A stretch of 34,342 nt of DNA from Candidatus Omnitrophota bacterium (GTDB lineage: Bacteria > Omnitrophota > Gorgyraeia > Gygaellales > Profunditerraquicolaceae), in assembly GCA_028716305.1 (NCBI GenBank), contig JAQUQA010000001.1, positions 1-34,342 of the forward strand, in the 5' to 3' direction. Made by a program: the position numbers and the translations under genes. The notes below the pieces were generated by a model, which saw only the letters and a program-made list of their open reading frames with translations, was not told the origin of the DNA and did not search any database. Shown piece after piece: positions 16,854 through 25,960 of the stretch. Within the stretch, counting starts at the first letter, position 1; every line of letters begins with the position of its first letter.

Positions 16854-17716
16854 GTCAGCGTCCTTTCATTAGCTTTAACGTTCCTGTAATAATAAGCATT
16901 GATCTTCCTTTTTGCCGATCTTAACGCATTATATCCTTTCCGAAAAAGAATTAACCTGGCAAAAACCCGCAGGATATCACCGTAAGCGAAAAAATTGACT
17001 AATCTGCCGAAAAATATCTCAGTGGGCGTAAAATGCGAGTTAATTACAGACCGGGTTTCTTTACCTGAATCCAGCTCATTTTTGGAATGTCCCCCTTCCT
17101 GAAAAATAGATAAGGTTTCACCGAGGTAGCCCGCTTTTAACCCGCACCCGTATATCCCCCTTAGGGCCCAATCGTAATCGGCGGCTGACTTATAACGCAG
17201 GTCAAAAAAGCCCGCTTTATCAAAACAGCTTCTCTTGTAAAAAGTAGAAGGGTGGCCCAGCGGCCCTCTTAAAAAGAACCTTTTCTTAAGCACTCGCGGG
17301 AACTTAACCAGATACACCTGGGCCCCGTCCGGACTGGTATTAAGGATATTGCCATAGACCAGGTCAAGATCATGCCGCGCGAAATAGCGTACGACACCGG
17401 CTACCGATTCCGGCGAATAAAATTGGTCGTCGGAATTAAGCAGACAGATTATCTCTCCTTTTGACAACCTGATCCCTTTATTCTGGGCGTCATAGATCCC
17501 CTGATCCGGCTCGCTGACCAGACGGCCGATCCGTTCACGATATTTTTCTATGATCCGCGGCGTTGCGTCAGTTGAGCAGGCGTCAACAATGATATATTCG
17601 ATCTTTGGATATTTTTGCGCGAAAACGCTGCGCATCGCCCTTTCCAGGTATCTCTGGGCGTTAAAACAAACCGTAATTACCGAAACCAAAGGCAGATAAT
17701 CGCTTTTTTTATCCAT
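16850..17716 (-). CDS. GT2 glycosyltransferase
   Basis: 288 aa. Motifs: LVSVITVCFNAQRYLERAMRSV, YIIVDACSTDAT and LLNSDDQF (DxD). Confidence 0.85.
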   Translation of the reverse strand: MDKKSDYLPLVSVITVCFNAQRYLERAMRSVFAQKYPKIEYIIVDACSTDATPRIIEKYRERIGRLVSEPDQGIYDAQNKGIRLSKGEIICLLNSDDQFYSPESVAGVVRYFARHDLDLVYGNILNTSPDGAQVYLVKFPRVLKKRFFLRGPLGHPSTFYKRSCFDKAGFFDLRYKSAADYDWALRGIYGCGLKAGYLGETLSIFQEGGHSKNELDSGKETRSVINSHFTPTEIFFGRLVNFFAYGDILRVFARLILFRKGYNALRSAKRKINAYYYRNVKANERTLT

Positions 17717-17718
17717 AC

Positions 17719-18744
17719 CTAACCGCCTAATATGCTGTAATAGAGTTCAAAGGTCTGATGCGCGGTTTTTTCCCAGGTAAATTCCCTGGCCCTGGCCAAT
17801 CCCAGCTCCCGCAACCTGGATCTTTCCTCAGGATCATTCATTAATTTCCGCATTGCCGAAGCCAGTTCATCCGGATCATCCGGAAAAAACATGGCGGCTG
17901 CCCCCCCGGCAACTTCCGGTAAAGAGGAAGTATTTGAAGCGATCACCGGACAGCCTAAAGACATCGCTTCGACTACCGGTAGTCCGAACCCCTCGTAAGC
18001 CGAAGGATAAACCAGAAATCCTGCATTCATATACTGTTCTGCCAATGCCTGGTCATCTCCGTCAATTTGCAGCACGTTGGCGCCCAGCCCTTTTTGCTCG
18101 ATTGCCAGTTTCTCCTCTTTTGAAAAAGCCCCTCCTCCAAAACAAACCAGGGCGGAATCACTCGCGATTCCGCTGCGGTAAAATGCCTCCAGTAAAGTAG
18201 GGAAATTCTTATAACCGCCCCTTGCGCCGACAAAAAGGACAAAAGACCTTTGCACGGTTGCCCCTGTCTGAGGCATGATTTTCCCTCCTACCTTGGACAC
18301 ACCCAGGTATATTACCGAGGTTTTTTCCTTGGAAACGGGATATATCTTAAGCAGGTCTTTTCGGGTATTTTCGGATATGCAGATAATATGGTCCGCGTCC
18401 TGGATGCATTTTTTCTTCACTGCGATGTCATTCTGAAAATTCTTATTTTTAGATAGAAATAATTCATGGATCATGTCGAAAACAGTAATCACGGTCTTTA
18501 CCCCCTGCCGTTTTTTGACCGCATCAGAATAATAAGTAGGGTGATACAGCTGGGTTTTACCGAAAGAAAAAATTATATCCAGCATGGATGAACTCAGTCC
18601 CGCAAGCCTCCCTTTGGCAACATCCACCGTCCGCACCGCTACCCCCTCATGGTTCTTTGTCCTCTGGATCAATTCGGAAAAATACCTTGAGACACCGCCG
18701 TATTGTTGTAATTTGAAAATCAGGTTATCGTAAGCGATGCGCAT
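17719..18744 (-). CDS. GT-B glycosyltransferase (GT4, mannosyltransferase-like)
   Basis: The ORF is open to 18870, but the ATG at 18744 (MRIAYDNLIFKLQQYGGVSRYF, a typical GT4 start) lies 4 nt after the upstream stop. The EX7E region is PSAYEGFGLPVVEAMSLGCPVIASNTSSLPEV. Confidence 0.85.
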   Translation of the reverse strand: MRIAYDNLIFKLQQYGGVSRYFSELIQRTKNHEGVAVRTVDVAKGRLAGLSSSMLDIIFSFGKTQLYHPTYYSDAVKKRQGVKTVITVFDMIHELFLSKNKNFQNDIAVKKKCIQDADHIICISENTRKDLLKIYPVSKEKTSVIYLGVSKVGGKIMPQTGATVQRSFVLFVGARGGYKNFPTLLEAFYRSGIASDSALVCFGGGAFSKEEKLAIEQKGLGANVLQIDGDDQALAEQYMNAGFLVYPSAYEGFGLPVVEAMSLGCPVIASNTSSLPEVAGGAAAMFFPDDPDELASAMRKLMNDPEERSRLRELGLARAREFTWEKTAHQTFELYYSILGG

Positions 18745-18748
18745 GTCA

Positions 18749-19702
18749 TTACAGGATGCACGAAGCAGCCCCAACCTCCCTTTCTTTTGCCGCGGCAAAA
18801 ATATCGTTGTCGCGGCGGTGAAATACGCAGATATCGCAATATTTTTTCCCCTGGTGGCCCGAAAACTCATTGTGCAGGTCCCTGATCAGGGATTCTTGAG
18901 CAGTCCGCAAGGAAAACAAAAATTTCCCGAAATTATCATAAACCAGCATTTGTTCATAACCAATATCACTAAGCTGCCGAAAAATTGATATTCCGTCGTC
19001 GTTATGTTCTGCCAGGAAATAAGGGTCATATTCAAAAAACAGGACGGGTTTCGCTCTGGCGAGCAAATCGGCCGCGCCCCGGATCACTTTACAGTCATAA
19101 CCGTCGGTATCGATCTTGATCATCCGCGGATCAATGAAACGCTGATCAGGGCCGATCAGGTCCGGCAGCCTGCCGATGCGCACAAGCGGATCCTCCTGCG
19201 GGGTATCGCTAAGATGCGCCGTTCCGTCATGGCGCTTTGCGGCCGCGGACAAACAGGTATTTTCCTCTCCGGCGTAGGCGCGCAGCAGCTTGACGTTGGC
19301 AAACTGCCCGGCGTTACGCTTAAGTATGCCGAAAAACAGCTCATCCCCTTCTATGCAAAGCACCGGAAAATCACCAATTTTTCTCAATAAGGCCAGGGAA
19401 TCCCCGATATTCGCCCCTACGTCGATAAGCGTAAAGTCAGGATATTTATTCCTGGTTATCTTGGTGATCCTGGCCAGATTCGCGCAATAACCGGGAAATT
19501 CCTTTAAATAAAAGGGCAGTTTATGAGAAAATGGCATCCGCATAGGAAAACCGTTGATCTCAAAGGTTACCAGTGGATCGACGATACTGGAAAGCTGCCG
19601 ATATAAAAGATCCAGGAGCTTAGCTTTTATCCTGGCAGAGCCGTTTGCGGCGTGACTATTTATCCTGGCCCTATAGATATAACCATATAATCTGTTCATC
19701 AT
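18749..19702 (-). CDS. FkbM-family methyltransferase
   Basis: 317 aa. LIDVGANIGDSLALL and MIKIDTDGYDCKVIRGA are the two hallmark FkbM (Methyltransf_21) blocks. Confidence 0.8.
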   Translation of the reverse strand: MMNRLYGYIYRARINSHAANGSARIKAKLLDLLYRQLSSIVDPLVTFEINGFPMRMPFSHKLPFYLKEFPGYCANLARITKITRNKYPDFTLIDVGANIGDSLALLRKIGDFPVLCIEGDELFFGILKRNAGQFANVKLLRAYAGEENTCLSAAAKRHDGTAHLSDTPQEDPLVRIGRLPDLIGPDQRFIDPRMIKIDTDGYDCKVIRGAADLLARAKPVLFFEYDPYFLAEHNDDGISIFRQLSDIGYEQMLVYDNFGKFLFSLRTAQESLIRDLHNEFSGHQGKKYCDICVFHRRDNDIFAAAKEREVGAASCIL

Positions 19703-19716
19703 TTTGCGATAGCGAT

Positions 19717-20694
19717 TTATTTGACCACTAAAAGAAGTAAATTACAGTTTCCAAACCTGTCTTTGGGATGCCGGGGTAACGGCCCTTTAAAGATCCTTAA
19801 GGCCGCTAAAGGGTCTTTAAGCGTGAAATTCAACCCCTGGCTTTTCCACTCCCGCACGTAACGCTCAAAGTCACCTGGCCGGCGCTCCACGAAATACTCT
19901 TTATGCAAAAGTGTCAGCCCGGGATGCGCGATTATCCTTTGCTCCAGGGATTGCTCATCGTATAAACGCTGGAAAAATTTTTTTTCCTGCCCGTCCTGCG
20001 GGGCTTGAATGGCATAGGGGTCATTTTCCCGGTACTCCTCGCTGTATTGGCCATGCACCGGAAGGGTCAAAACGATCCTTCCTTGCGGCCTGACCACCCG
20101 GATAAATTCATCCATGGCTTTTCGATCCCCTTCACCCGGAATATGCTCCAAAACGCTTAGAGAGGTCAATATATCGATACTGCTCTTCTTAAAAGGCAGG
20201 GATTCGGCAAAGGTGTCCGGATAAAAATTGATCCGACTGCCATTACGCACGATCTTTGAAAGCGCTATTGATTCCTTCAGGTCAACCGGATCCGGGTTGA
20301 TCACGTTGACCTGGAAATTCAGCTTCTCGGCCCCCCAGAGGAAGATCAATCTGGGTGAAGAAACATCGAGCCATCGCCCTGCGCGCATCTCTTTCAGGGC
20401 CCTGCCGGCAAAGTGAAATTCGAAAAACCTTACAATGCCCACGGGATTCAGGCCTAGTGTAGCCAGGCTCGCCTTTGGCAGCTTGCGTAAAAGGCCGCGG
20501 AAAAACAATTTTCTTCCAAAAAGATCGAATCCTACCCCTTTAAGCCGGCAGAGACAGGCACACCCCAGGCAAAAATATGAAACTATGGCGCCGCACGCGG
20601 CTAAAAATATGAAATTAACTTTTCTACGCAAGTTCGGCCTCGGCAAATTCAGGATACCGGTTGAGATCCCAGAACCGGATAAAATCCGGATCAT
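19717..20694 (-). CDS. SAM-dependent methyltransferase-like protein (Methyltransf_11-like C-terminal half); start uncertain
   Basis: The block IDILTSLSVLEHIPGEGDRKAMDEFIRVVRPQGRIVLTLP is typical of class I methyltransferases, but motif I is non-canonical (WLDVSSPRL). The ORF is open to 20844, which would be a 221-nt overlap with the upstream gene. The first internal ATG at 20694 gives a 71-nt overlap, and a TTG at 20631 would give an 8-nt overlap. A hydrophobic segment FIFLAACGAIVSYFCLGCACLC follows. Confidence 0.65.
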   Translation of the reverse strand: MIRILSGSGISTGILNLPRPNLRRKVNFIFLAACGAIVSYFCLGCACLCRLKGVGFDLFGRKLFFRGLLRKLPKASLATLGLNPVGIVRFFEFHFAGRALKEMRAGRWLDVSSPRLIFLWGAEKLNFQVNVINPDPVDLKESIALSKIVRNGSRINFYPDTFAESLPFKKSSIDILTSLSVLEHIPGEGDRKAMDEFIRVVRPQGRIVLTLPVHGQYSEEYRENDPYAIQAPQDGQEKKFFQRLYDEQSLEQRIIAHPGLTLLHKEYFVERRPGDFERYVREWKSQGLNFTLKDPLAALRIFKGPLPRHPKDRFGNCNLLLLVVK

Positions 20695-22231
20695 CAATAA
20701 ATTTATCGATAAGGGCGATAAAGGATTTCTTATCAAGTTCACTGCTTTGCTTACGTGCCTCCAGTATTTTTTGGAAAATACGTTCCGCAGAAAAAGTCTT
20801 TTGTTCGCAAAAATCAATCGTAGGGACGATCCCAAATGGATCAAGGAACCTCCCCGGGTCGATCAGCTCAAAGGTAAAATAAGCCAAAAGCTTGGCCATG
20901 ACAACTTGTTCGTCCGAGAGCGGCTGCAGTGAATCGATCTCCATGAGCTGTTTCTTAAATTCTTCGGGGGTTTCCGGGTCAACCGTAAAACCAAATTTTG
21001 CATACCAACAGGGGCCTGCCAATAAACATGGGACACCGTAAGTAGAATATTCTAATCCCGCCGTCCCGGTACAGGTAACCAGCGCGTCGGCCAGATAACG
21101 TAAAGATGCCGTATTAAATGAAACCTCGGTACCCAGATAACGTAAATGTTTTTTTGGGCATTCGCTAAACAACCCCGGCAGGTCGACATCGTTCGCCGGA
21201 TAATATTTGACATACGGGTGTTCCTTAAAGATCCAGTTGACCTTGTCGTTATTTACGGCGGCTTCAAAAATAGCCTTGAACCACTGATAATAATCACGAT
21301 GGAGCAGTCTTCCGAAGATATGAGGAAAATCATTAAAGGCGTGCAACATGACGAAAATGTTCTTTTTTTGAGGATCGAGGCCAAAGCAAGCGCAAAAATC
21401 GTTTTTATCGCGGTATAGTTTTTTATCCTGGCTATAGGGCAGTCCAAGCCTTGCCTTGGGATCAAGGTTATTAAATCTTTTTGAAAGCACGGCTTCCGCC
21501 AGGGGCAGAAAACGCTCCTTTTGTTTTGCCATCAACTCAATATCTTTACGCTCCGGGGTCATATAGCAATCATAAAAACCGGTCTTAGCAGTATGCTTTC
21601 TTAAGGCGTCGGCTTTTTCCCAGACCTCGATCCCCTCTTGCCTAAGCAGCCTCAAGAACACCCCGCCACCGGTCCCGATCACATGTCCGGTAACGCCAAG
21701 AATGACCCGGTAGCGCTTTAGTACATCTTTAACTAGGCCTTTTACATAAAAGAAATCCCGCAGGGTCTTGAGCAATACCGGGTCCCGGGGGTTTCTTAAG
21801 GTGGCGTTTTTCTTATTGGCAAGATAGGCGTCATAAACCAGATCCCCGAACTTAATCCCTTCGGATTCAAAATCCAGGAGATCATCAGGGGTTTTAAAGT
21901 TAAAAGCAAGCAGGGCCTGCAGATAACTGTAAACCTTAAGCAAAAGATACTTGGGGCTGTCTTCATAAATAAATGAGGCCCGGGGAAACGAACTAAGTAC
22001 CGCTTGCATATCTTTTTGCGAACGGGAAGGCAAAATGAATAATAACCCGGCATTCTTTCTTACCGCGGCAAAGGCGCCCAATTGGGCCAATCCCAGAAGG
22101 ATCAACGGGTATTGTTCATTACGAATCAGGATATATGTCTTATGTGGGGTCCGGTCGGGGAAAAAACCATCCCAAAAAGAACAGTTATCCCTAATAAATT
22201 CTTTTTCTGAAGTTAGCGTATTTTTAAGCAT
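20624..22231 (-). CDS. Unassigned 535-aa soluble protein; GT-B/Capsule_synth (KpsC/KpsS)-like C-terminal half; candidate (non)ulosonic-acid transferase
   Basis: There are no TM segments. The C-terminal half has NIFVMLHAFNDFPHIF, a WIFKEHPYVKYYP segment (HP motif) and ALVTCTGTAGLEYSTYGVPCLLAG. This pattern matches my memory of capsule-synthesis and sialyl/Kdo GT-B transferases. I do not recognise the N-terminal ~270 aa. Confidence 0.45.
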   Translation of the reverse strand: MLKNTLTSEKEFIRDNCSFWDGFFPDRTPHKTYILIRNEQYPLILLGLAQLGAFAAVRKNAGLLFILPSRSQKDMQAVLSSFPRASFIYEDSPKYLLLKVYSYLQALLAFNFKTPDDLLDFESEGIKFGDLVYDAYLANKKNATLRNPRDPVLLKTLRDFFYVKGLVKDVLKRYRVILGVTGHVIGTGGGVFLRLLRQEGIEVWEKADALRKHTAKTGFYDCYMTPERKDIELMAKQKERFLPLAEAVLSKRFNNLDPKARLGLPYSQDKKLYRDKNDFCACFGLDPQKKNIFVMLHAFNDFPHIFGRLLHRDYYQWFKAIFEAAVNNDKVNWIFKEHPYVKYYPANDVDLPGLFSECPKKHLRYLGTEVSFNTASLRYLADALVTCTGTAGLEYSTYGVPCLLAGPCWYAKFGFTVDPETPEEFKKQLMEIDSLQPLSDEQVVMAKLLAYFTFELIDPGRFLDPFGIVPTIDFCEQKTFSAERIFQKILEARKQSSELDKKSFIALIDKFIDDPDFIRFWDLNRYPEFAEAELA

Positions 22232-22233
22232 TT

Positions 22234-23013
22234 TTAACTTTGCCAGCGGTGCAGCACGACAAATGTCTCTTTTATCCGGAACCCTTTTTTGATATAGAAA
22301 TTTAAGGCTCCAAGATTACGAAATTGCGTACCAACCAGCAGCCCGGCCCGCTTTCTTGCGGCAGTACGCACGGCTGCTTCAATCAGGGCCGCTCCCGCCC
22401 CTTTTTCTTGAAAATCAGGGAGCACGGAAAGAAAGCATATTTCTAAATATCTCCGCAGATAAAGTTTTGATTTTTTTAATAAAAGCGCCCCGATAATTCT
22501 ATCTTTATGCTTAGCCAGAAATATGGCATTATCGCCTTTGGGGACAAAATTTTTAAAAAGATTTATCCATACCCCCCTAGCTTTATTTTTAGGGATATGC
22601 GCGTCTTGATGGAACCGGGTAAAAGAAAAAGTACTCCCCAGCTCATTATAAGGTATACCGCGGGTGGTGCCGGATCCCATCTTTTTAACCTCGCAGATGC
22701 TCGCCCGCTTTTTAGAGGCTGCCAAATGACAGCTTTCCATTTCAAGGATCACTCCAGTATCGATATAATCAAATCCGCATTTAATCAACAGATTAAGAAA
22801 TGTTGATTCTTCAGTTGAGGGGATCTTGGCAGTTATAAAAGAATCTGGCGGGAGGCCCTTTGCCAAGAATTCCCCTAAACCCTGAAAGTGGCTGCCGATT
22901 TTAGAATTCCTCCAGTCAAATAAATATGATACGACCCCGAAATAATCACTATCCCACGGTAAAAAAGTGAATTTGAATAAACAGTCGTTATGTCTTAAGA
23001 TTAAGTCTTTCAT
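22234..23013 (-). CDS. Two-domain GNAT N-acetyltransferase (WecD/PseH-like)
   Basis: 259 aa. The N-terminal FLPWDSDYFGV matches the WecD-type start. GNAT motif A is LPDFQEKGAGAALIEAA, followed by FYIKKGFRI. The single ATG gives a 26-nt overlap with the pseG-like 3' end. Confidence 0.75.
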   Translation of the reverse strand: MKDLILRHNDCLFKFTFLPWDSDYFGVVSYLFDWRNSKIGSHFQGLGEFLAKGLPPDSFITAKIPSTEESTFLNLLIKCGFDYIDTGVILEMESCHLAASKKRASICEVKKMGSGTTRGIPYNELGSTFSFTRFHQDAHIPKNKARGVWINLFKNFVPKGDNAIFLAKHKDRIIGALLLKKSKLYLRRYLEICFLSVLPDFQEKGAGAALIEAAVRTAARKRAGLLVGTQFRNLGALNFYIKKGFRIKETFVVLHRWQS

Positions 23014-23995
23014 TTATAAGATTCGGGATCTCGTCGCAGCGTAAAGCGAACTTTAACGGATGAATATTGCTGGAAAACAAGAATTGCTTCAGTTTGTTTT
23101 CGTCAATGCTCCTGCCCCCTAGATAGACAATGGCGTTCATCTTTTTAAACCACTTGCATCTGCGTTTTTGGTGTCCGTAAGTAGAAACTACCGCCGCCGG
23201 CAAATTCATCGCCATGGCCTCAAACAGTGAAAGCCCGCCCGCGCCGACAAAGGCATCCGCCCATAAATAATGCTTTTTCATCTCTAAAACGTTTTGATAG
23301 ACCGAAATACGGTTGATATTCTTTCGGCGTAAGAAATCGAGAAGTTTTTTCCTGCATTTATCAGTATAACCGGCACCGAGGATAACCCGGATCCGCAACG
23401 ATCCGGCCAGGCGTTCAAATAGTTCTACCGTTCTAAAGGTAAAATCCGATTTGTCGAAGCCACCAAAAAATACCAGTATATTCCTAAGGCATCGCGCCGG
23501 CTTAAATTTTCCGTTTAAAATCGCTGCTCGGAGCATATCCTTTTTTAAAACCACATATTCCGGGCCAAGTAAAAATTTCGTTTTGGGAAATTTTTCAGGA
23601 AGATACAGGCGATGGCTCTCCACGTCCCAATTTATTACAAGATCAAGATTATCCGGAATCCTCCCCCAGAAATCAATACAACCTTTTACCTGCGCTTGCA
23701 CCTTTTTCAAATAATCAACCGGCCCATTTGTAACCTCAAAGAAAAAAGCATTAATAGCCTCCCGGTTAATGATCTGATTGATACGATCTACCTCTTGCCT
23801 TCGATCAAACCGCGGTGAAATAAAAAAACTATCCTTTATTTTATATTGATCCAGTATGCTTTGCGTCTGAGGGGTTTTCTTACAGATAAAATATTTCTTC
23901 CACCCCCGGAAATATTGCGAAAGATAAAGCAAAGAGTAAAGATCACCGGTACCGCTTTTTTCTCCTGCGTCTGCTCTAAATAGAATTTTATTCAT
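22988..23995 (-). CDS. pseG: PseG-like protein (UDP-sugar hydrolase, GT28-C fold) with a substituted catalytic His position
   Basis: 335 aa. The N-terminus [17 protein letters not shown] parallels the PseG sequence [30 protein letters not shown] and [25 protein letters not shown] match the PseG/MurG-C pattern. Confidence 0.65.
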   Translation of the reverse strand: [335 protein letters not shown]

Positions 23996-25064
23996 GAAAA
24001 ATCGCCCTCCAGGTCACAGGCGAACCTTTTTTAATGTTAACAGGGCTAAAGACCCTGAATTCCTTAAAAAATTCCATATATTTGGGATCTATTCCTCTTG
24101 GCTTTTTGCCTGGCCGCAATATCGCTAAATCGCCGCATTTGATCCTGCTATCCTTAAGAATATCATTTTTCGCATAAATCGCCATATAGCAGAAATCGCG
24201 CAAATAACGCTCGTATTCAAAAACTTTTTTCTCGGTGCTCCCGTAGAGCACCCGGTCGATCGGCGCCCCGCGGTTTTTTTTCTTTTCCGCCGTTCTAATC
24301 TCCCTGACCATTTGCTTAAGCTCCTCCGGTTCCAGCGCGAAGAAATGATCCGGCCCGGGCATTTGTTTGTCCAGGGTGATATGCTTTTCGATTATCCCCG
24401 CCCCCAGATACACCGCCTGGACCGCCGCCCGGGAAACCAGGGCGGTATGATCGGAAAAACCTGCCCCGCAGCCGGGAAAGGCCGATTTTAGCGTTTTGAT
24501 GGCTCCCAGGTTGCATTGCTGCGGCGCTGCCGGGTATTTTAAGGTGCACTGTAAAAGCCAGATTTTATCGTGAAATTTATTGATACAGGCAACTGCCTCT
24601 TCGATCTCCGAAAGGGTTGCCGCGCCGGTTGAAACGATCAAAGGCAGCTTGAAGCGCGCGCAATGTTCGAGAAGCGGAATATTGGTTAAGGCGGTAGAGG
24701 CGATTTTGATTGCCCTCATTCCACGGGAGATCAAAAAATCCACCCCCTGCCGGTCAAAAACCGAAGCCAGAAAATCTATCCGCTTTTTTCGGCAATAATC
24801 GACAACCGGCCTTATCCAGGAAGGCGGCATCTCGAATGATTCCACCGCGGAATAAATATCGTAACTGTATTTCTTGTTTTTGTCCTGCCAATCCAGCTTT
24901 CCGGCGGAACGCGGATACAACCCGGCAGCCCGGAAATACTGGAACTTAACGCAGTCACATCCGGCTGCCGCGGAAACGTCGATCAGGCGCAAACAGTTAT
25001 CCAGAGAACCGTTATGATTTATCCCGACCTCGGCAATAATATAGGTTTTATTCTTATGAATCAT
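23988..25064 (-). CDS. pseI: Nonulosonic-acid synthase (NeuB/PseI/LegI family) with a C-terminal SAF domain
   Basis: 358 aa. The canonical N-terminus is YIIAEVGINHNGSLDNCLRLIDVSAAAGCDCVKFQ. KIAS and GFSDHT blocks are present, and the SAF-like tail is GDLAILRPGK...IKKGSPVTW. The pseI label rests only on the adjacent pseG-like and GNAT genes. Confidence 0.85.
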   Translation of the reverse strand: MIHKNKTYIIAEVGINHNGSLDNCLRLIDVSAAAGCDCVKFQYFRAAGLYPRSAGKLDWQDKNKKYSYDIYSAVESFEMPPSWIRPVVDYCRKKRIDFLASVFDRQGVDFLISRGMRAIKIASTALTNIPLLEHCARFKLPLIVSTGAATLSEIEEAVACINKFHDKIWLLQCTLKYPAAPQQCNLGAIKTLKSAFPGCGAGFSDHTALVSRAAVQAVYLGAGIIEKHITLDKQMPGPDHFFALEPEELKQMVREIRTAEKKKNRGAPIDRVLYGSTEKKVFEYERYLRDFCYMAIYAKNDILKDSRIKCGDLAILRPGKKPRGIDPKYMEFFKEFRVFSPVNIKKGSPVTWRAIFHE

Positions 25065-25960
25065 TTATTAAATCCGTTAAAAAACCTGCTGTCCTGATGC
25101 CACTTTTGAAAAAAGCGTTTTACCTGCCTGTAATCATCCTTATTTATCACGGGATTATCCGGTATTTTTGTTTTTTTAGCCAGCACGCACATTAAAAGCG
25201 CGTCATTAAGATAGGAGTTCACAAATTCCGGCTTAAAACCGCAGATACGCAGAAGATTGCATAAACTGTTACGGCTGAATCTCGAAGGGTGGGCGTCAAC
25301 CGGGTTACTGCTAAGATACAAGTCAAGCGGCTTGGCAAAAGGTACCAGGATCCTGCTGCCTGTGGCAACCAAAAGATACCCTCCCGGCTTCAGTAATTCC
25401 CTGGCCCCTAAAACCAGCTCTTTGGGGGAAGTGGCATTCTCCAAGGTCCACATCATGGTAGCGATATCGGCAAATTCTTTTCCGTTACCGGCGCAAGCCA
25501 GGTACTCTTCCAGGGTCCCGCAAAAAGAAGCGACCTTCTGCCCGGCCAGAAGCCGGCAGTTGTTCGCGGAAGGCTCGATCCCGAAAACAGCAGCCTGGTA
25601 ATTATTTTTAAGGATGTTCAGAAACTGTCCCTCCTCCGCTCCGATATCACAGACGGTTTTATTCTTTAACCCCAGTTTCTGGCGCAGGAATTCGGCAATA
25701 TAAGTATGCCGCGCCAGCATCAACGGCGTGGCCGAAGTATAGGCCTTGCCAAAAAGCTCCTTTGACCAGACCTCGGCGATCTTATGAAAAGGACGGCGCA
25801 TCCTCACGTAAATAAATCCGCAATTCTTGCAGATGTGTATCACCTGCCCATTGGTATAACGCCGGACAAAAGGAAGCTCGATTGCCTGATCGCCGGAACA
25901 AATATCACAGTTAAACATTCGGATGCCGGTTGCTAACGGGGATTTTTTTACCATGCTCAA
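25061..25960 (-). CDS. SAM-dependent methyltransferase with an N-terminal Cys4 zinc ribbon
   Basis: 299 aa. CDICSG...CKNCGFIY forms the ribbon. Motif I-like VCDIGAEEGQF has a degenerate glycine loop. LKPGGYLLV is also present. There are ATGA overlaps at both ends. Confidence 0.75.
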   Translation of the reverse strand: MSMVKKSPLATGIRMFNCDICSGDQAIELPFVRRYTNGQVIHICKNCGFIYVRMRRPFHKIAEVWSKELFGKAYTSATPLMLARHTYIAEFLRQKLGLKNKTVCDIGAEEGQFLNILKNNYQAAVFGIEPSANNCRLLAGQKVASFCGTLEEYLACAGNGKEFADIATMMWTLENATSPKELVLGARELLKPGGYLLVATGSRILVPFAKPLDLYLSSNPVDAHPSRFSRNSLCNLLRICGFKPEFVNSYLNDALLMCVLAKKTKIPDNPVINKDDYRQVKRFFQKWHQDSRFFNGFNK

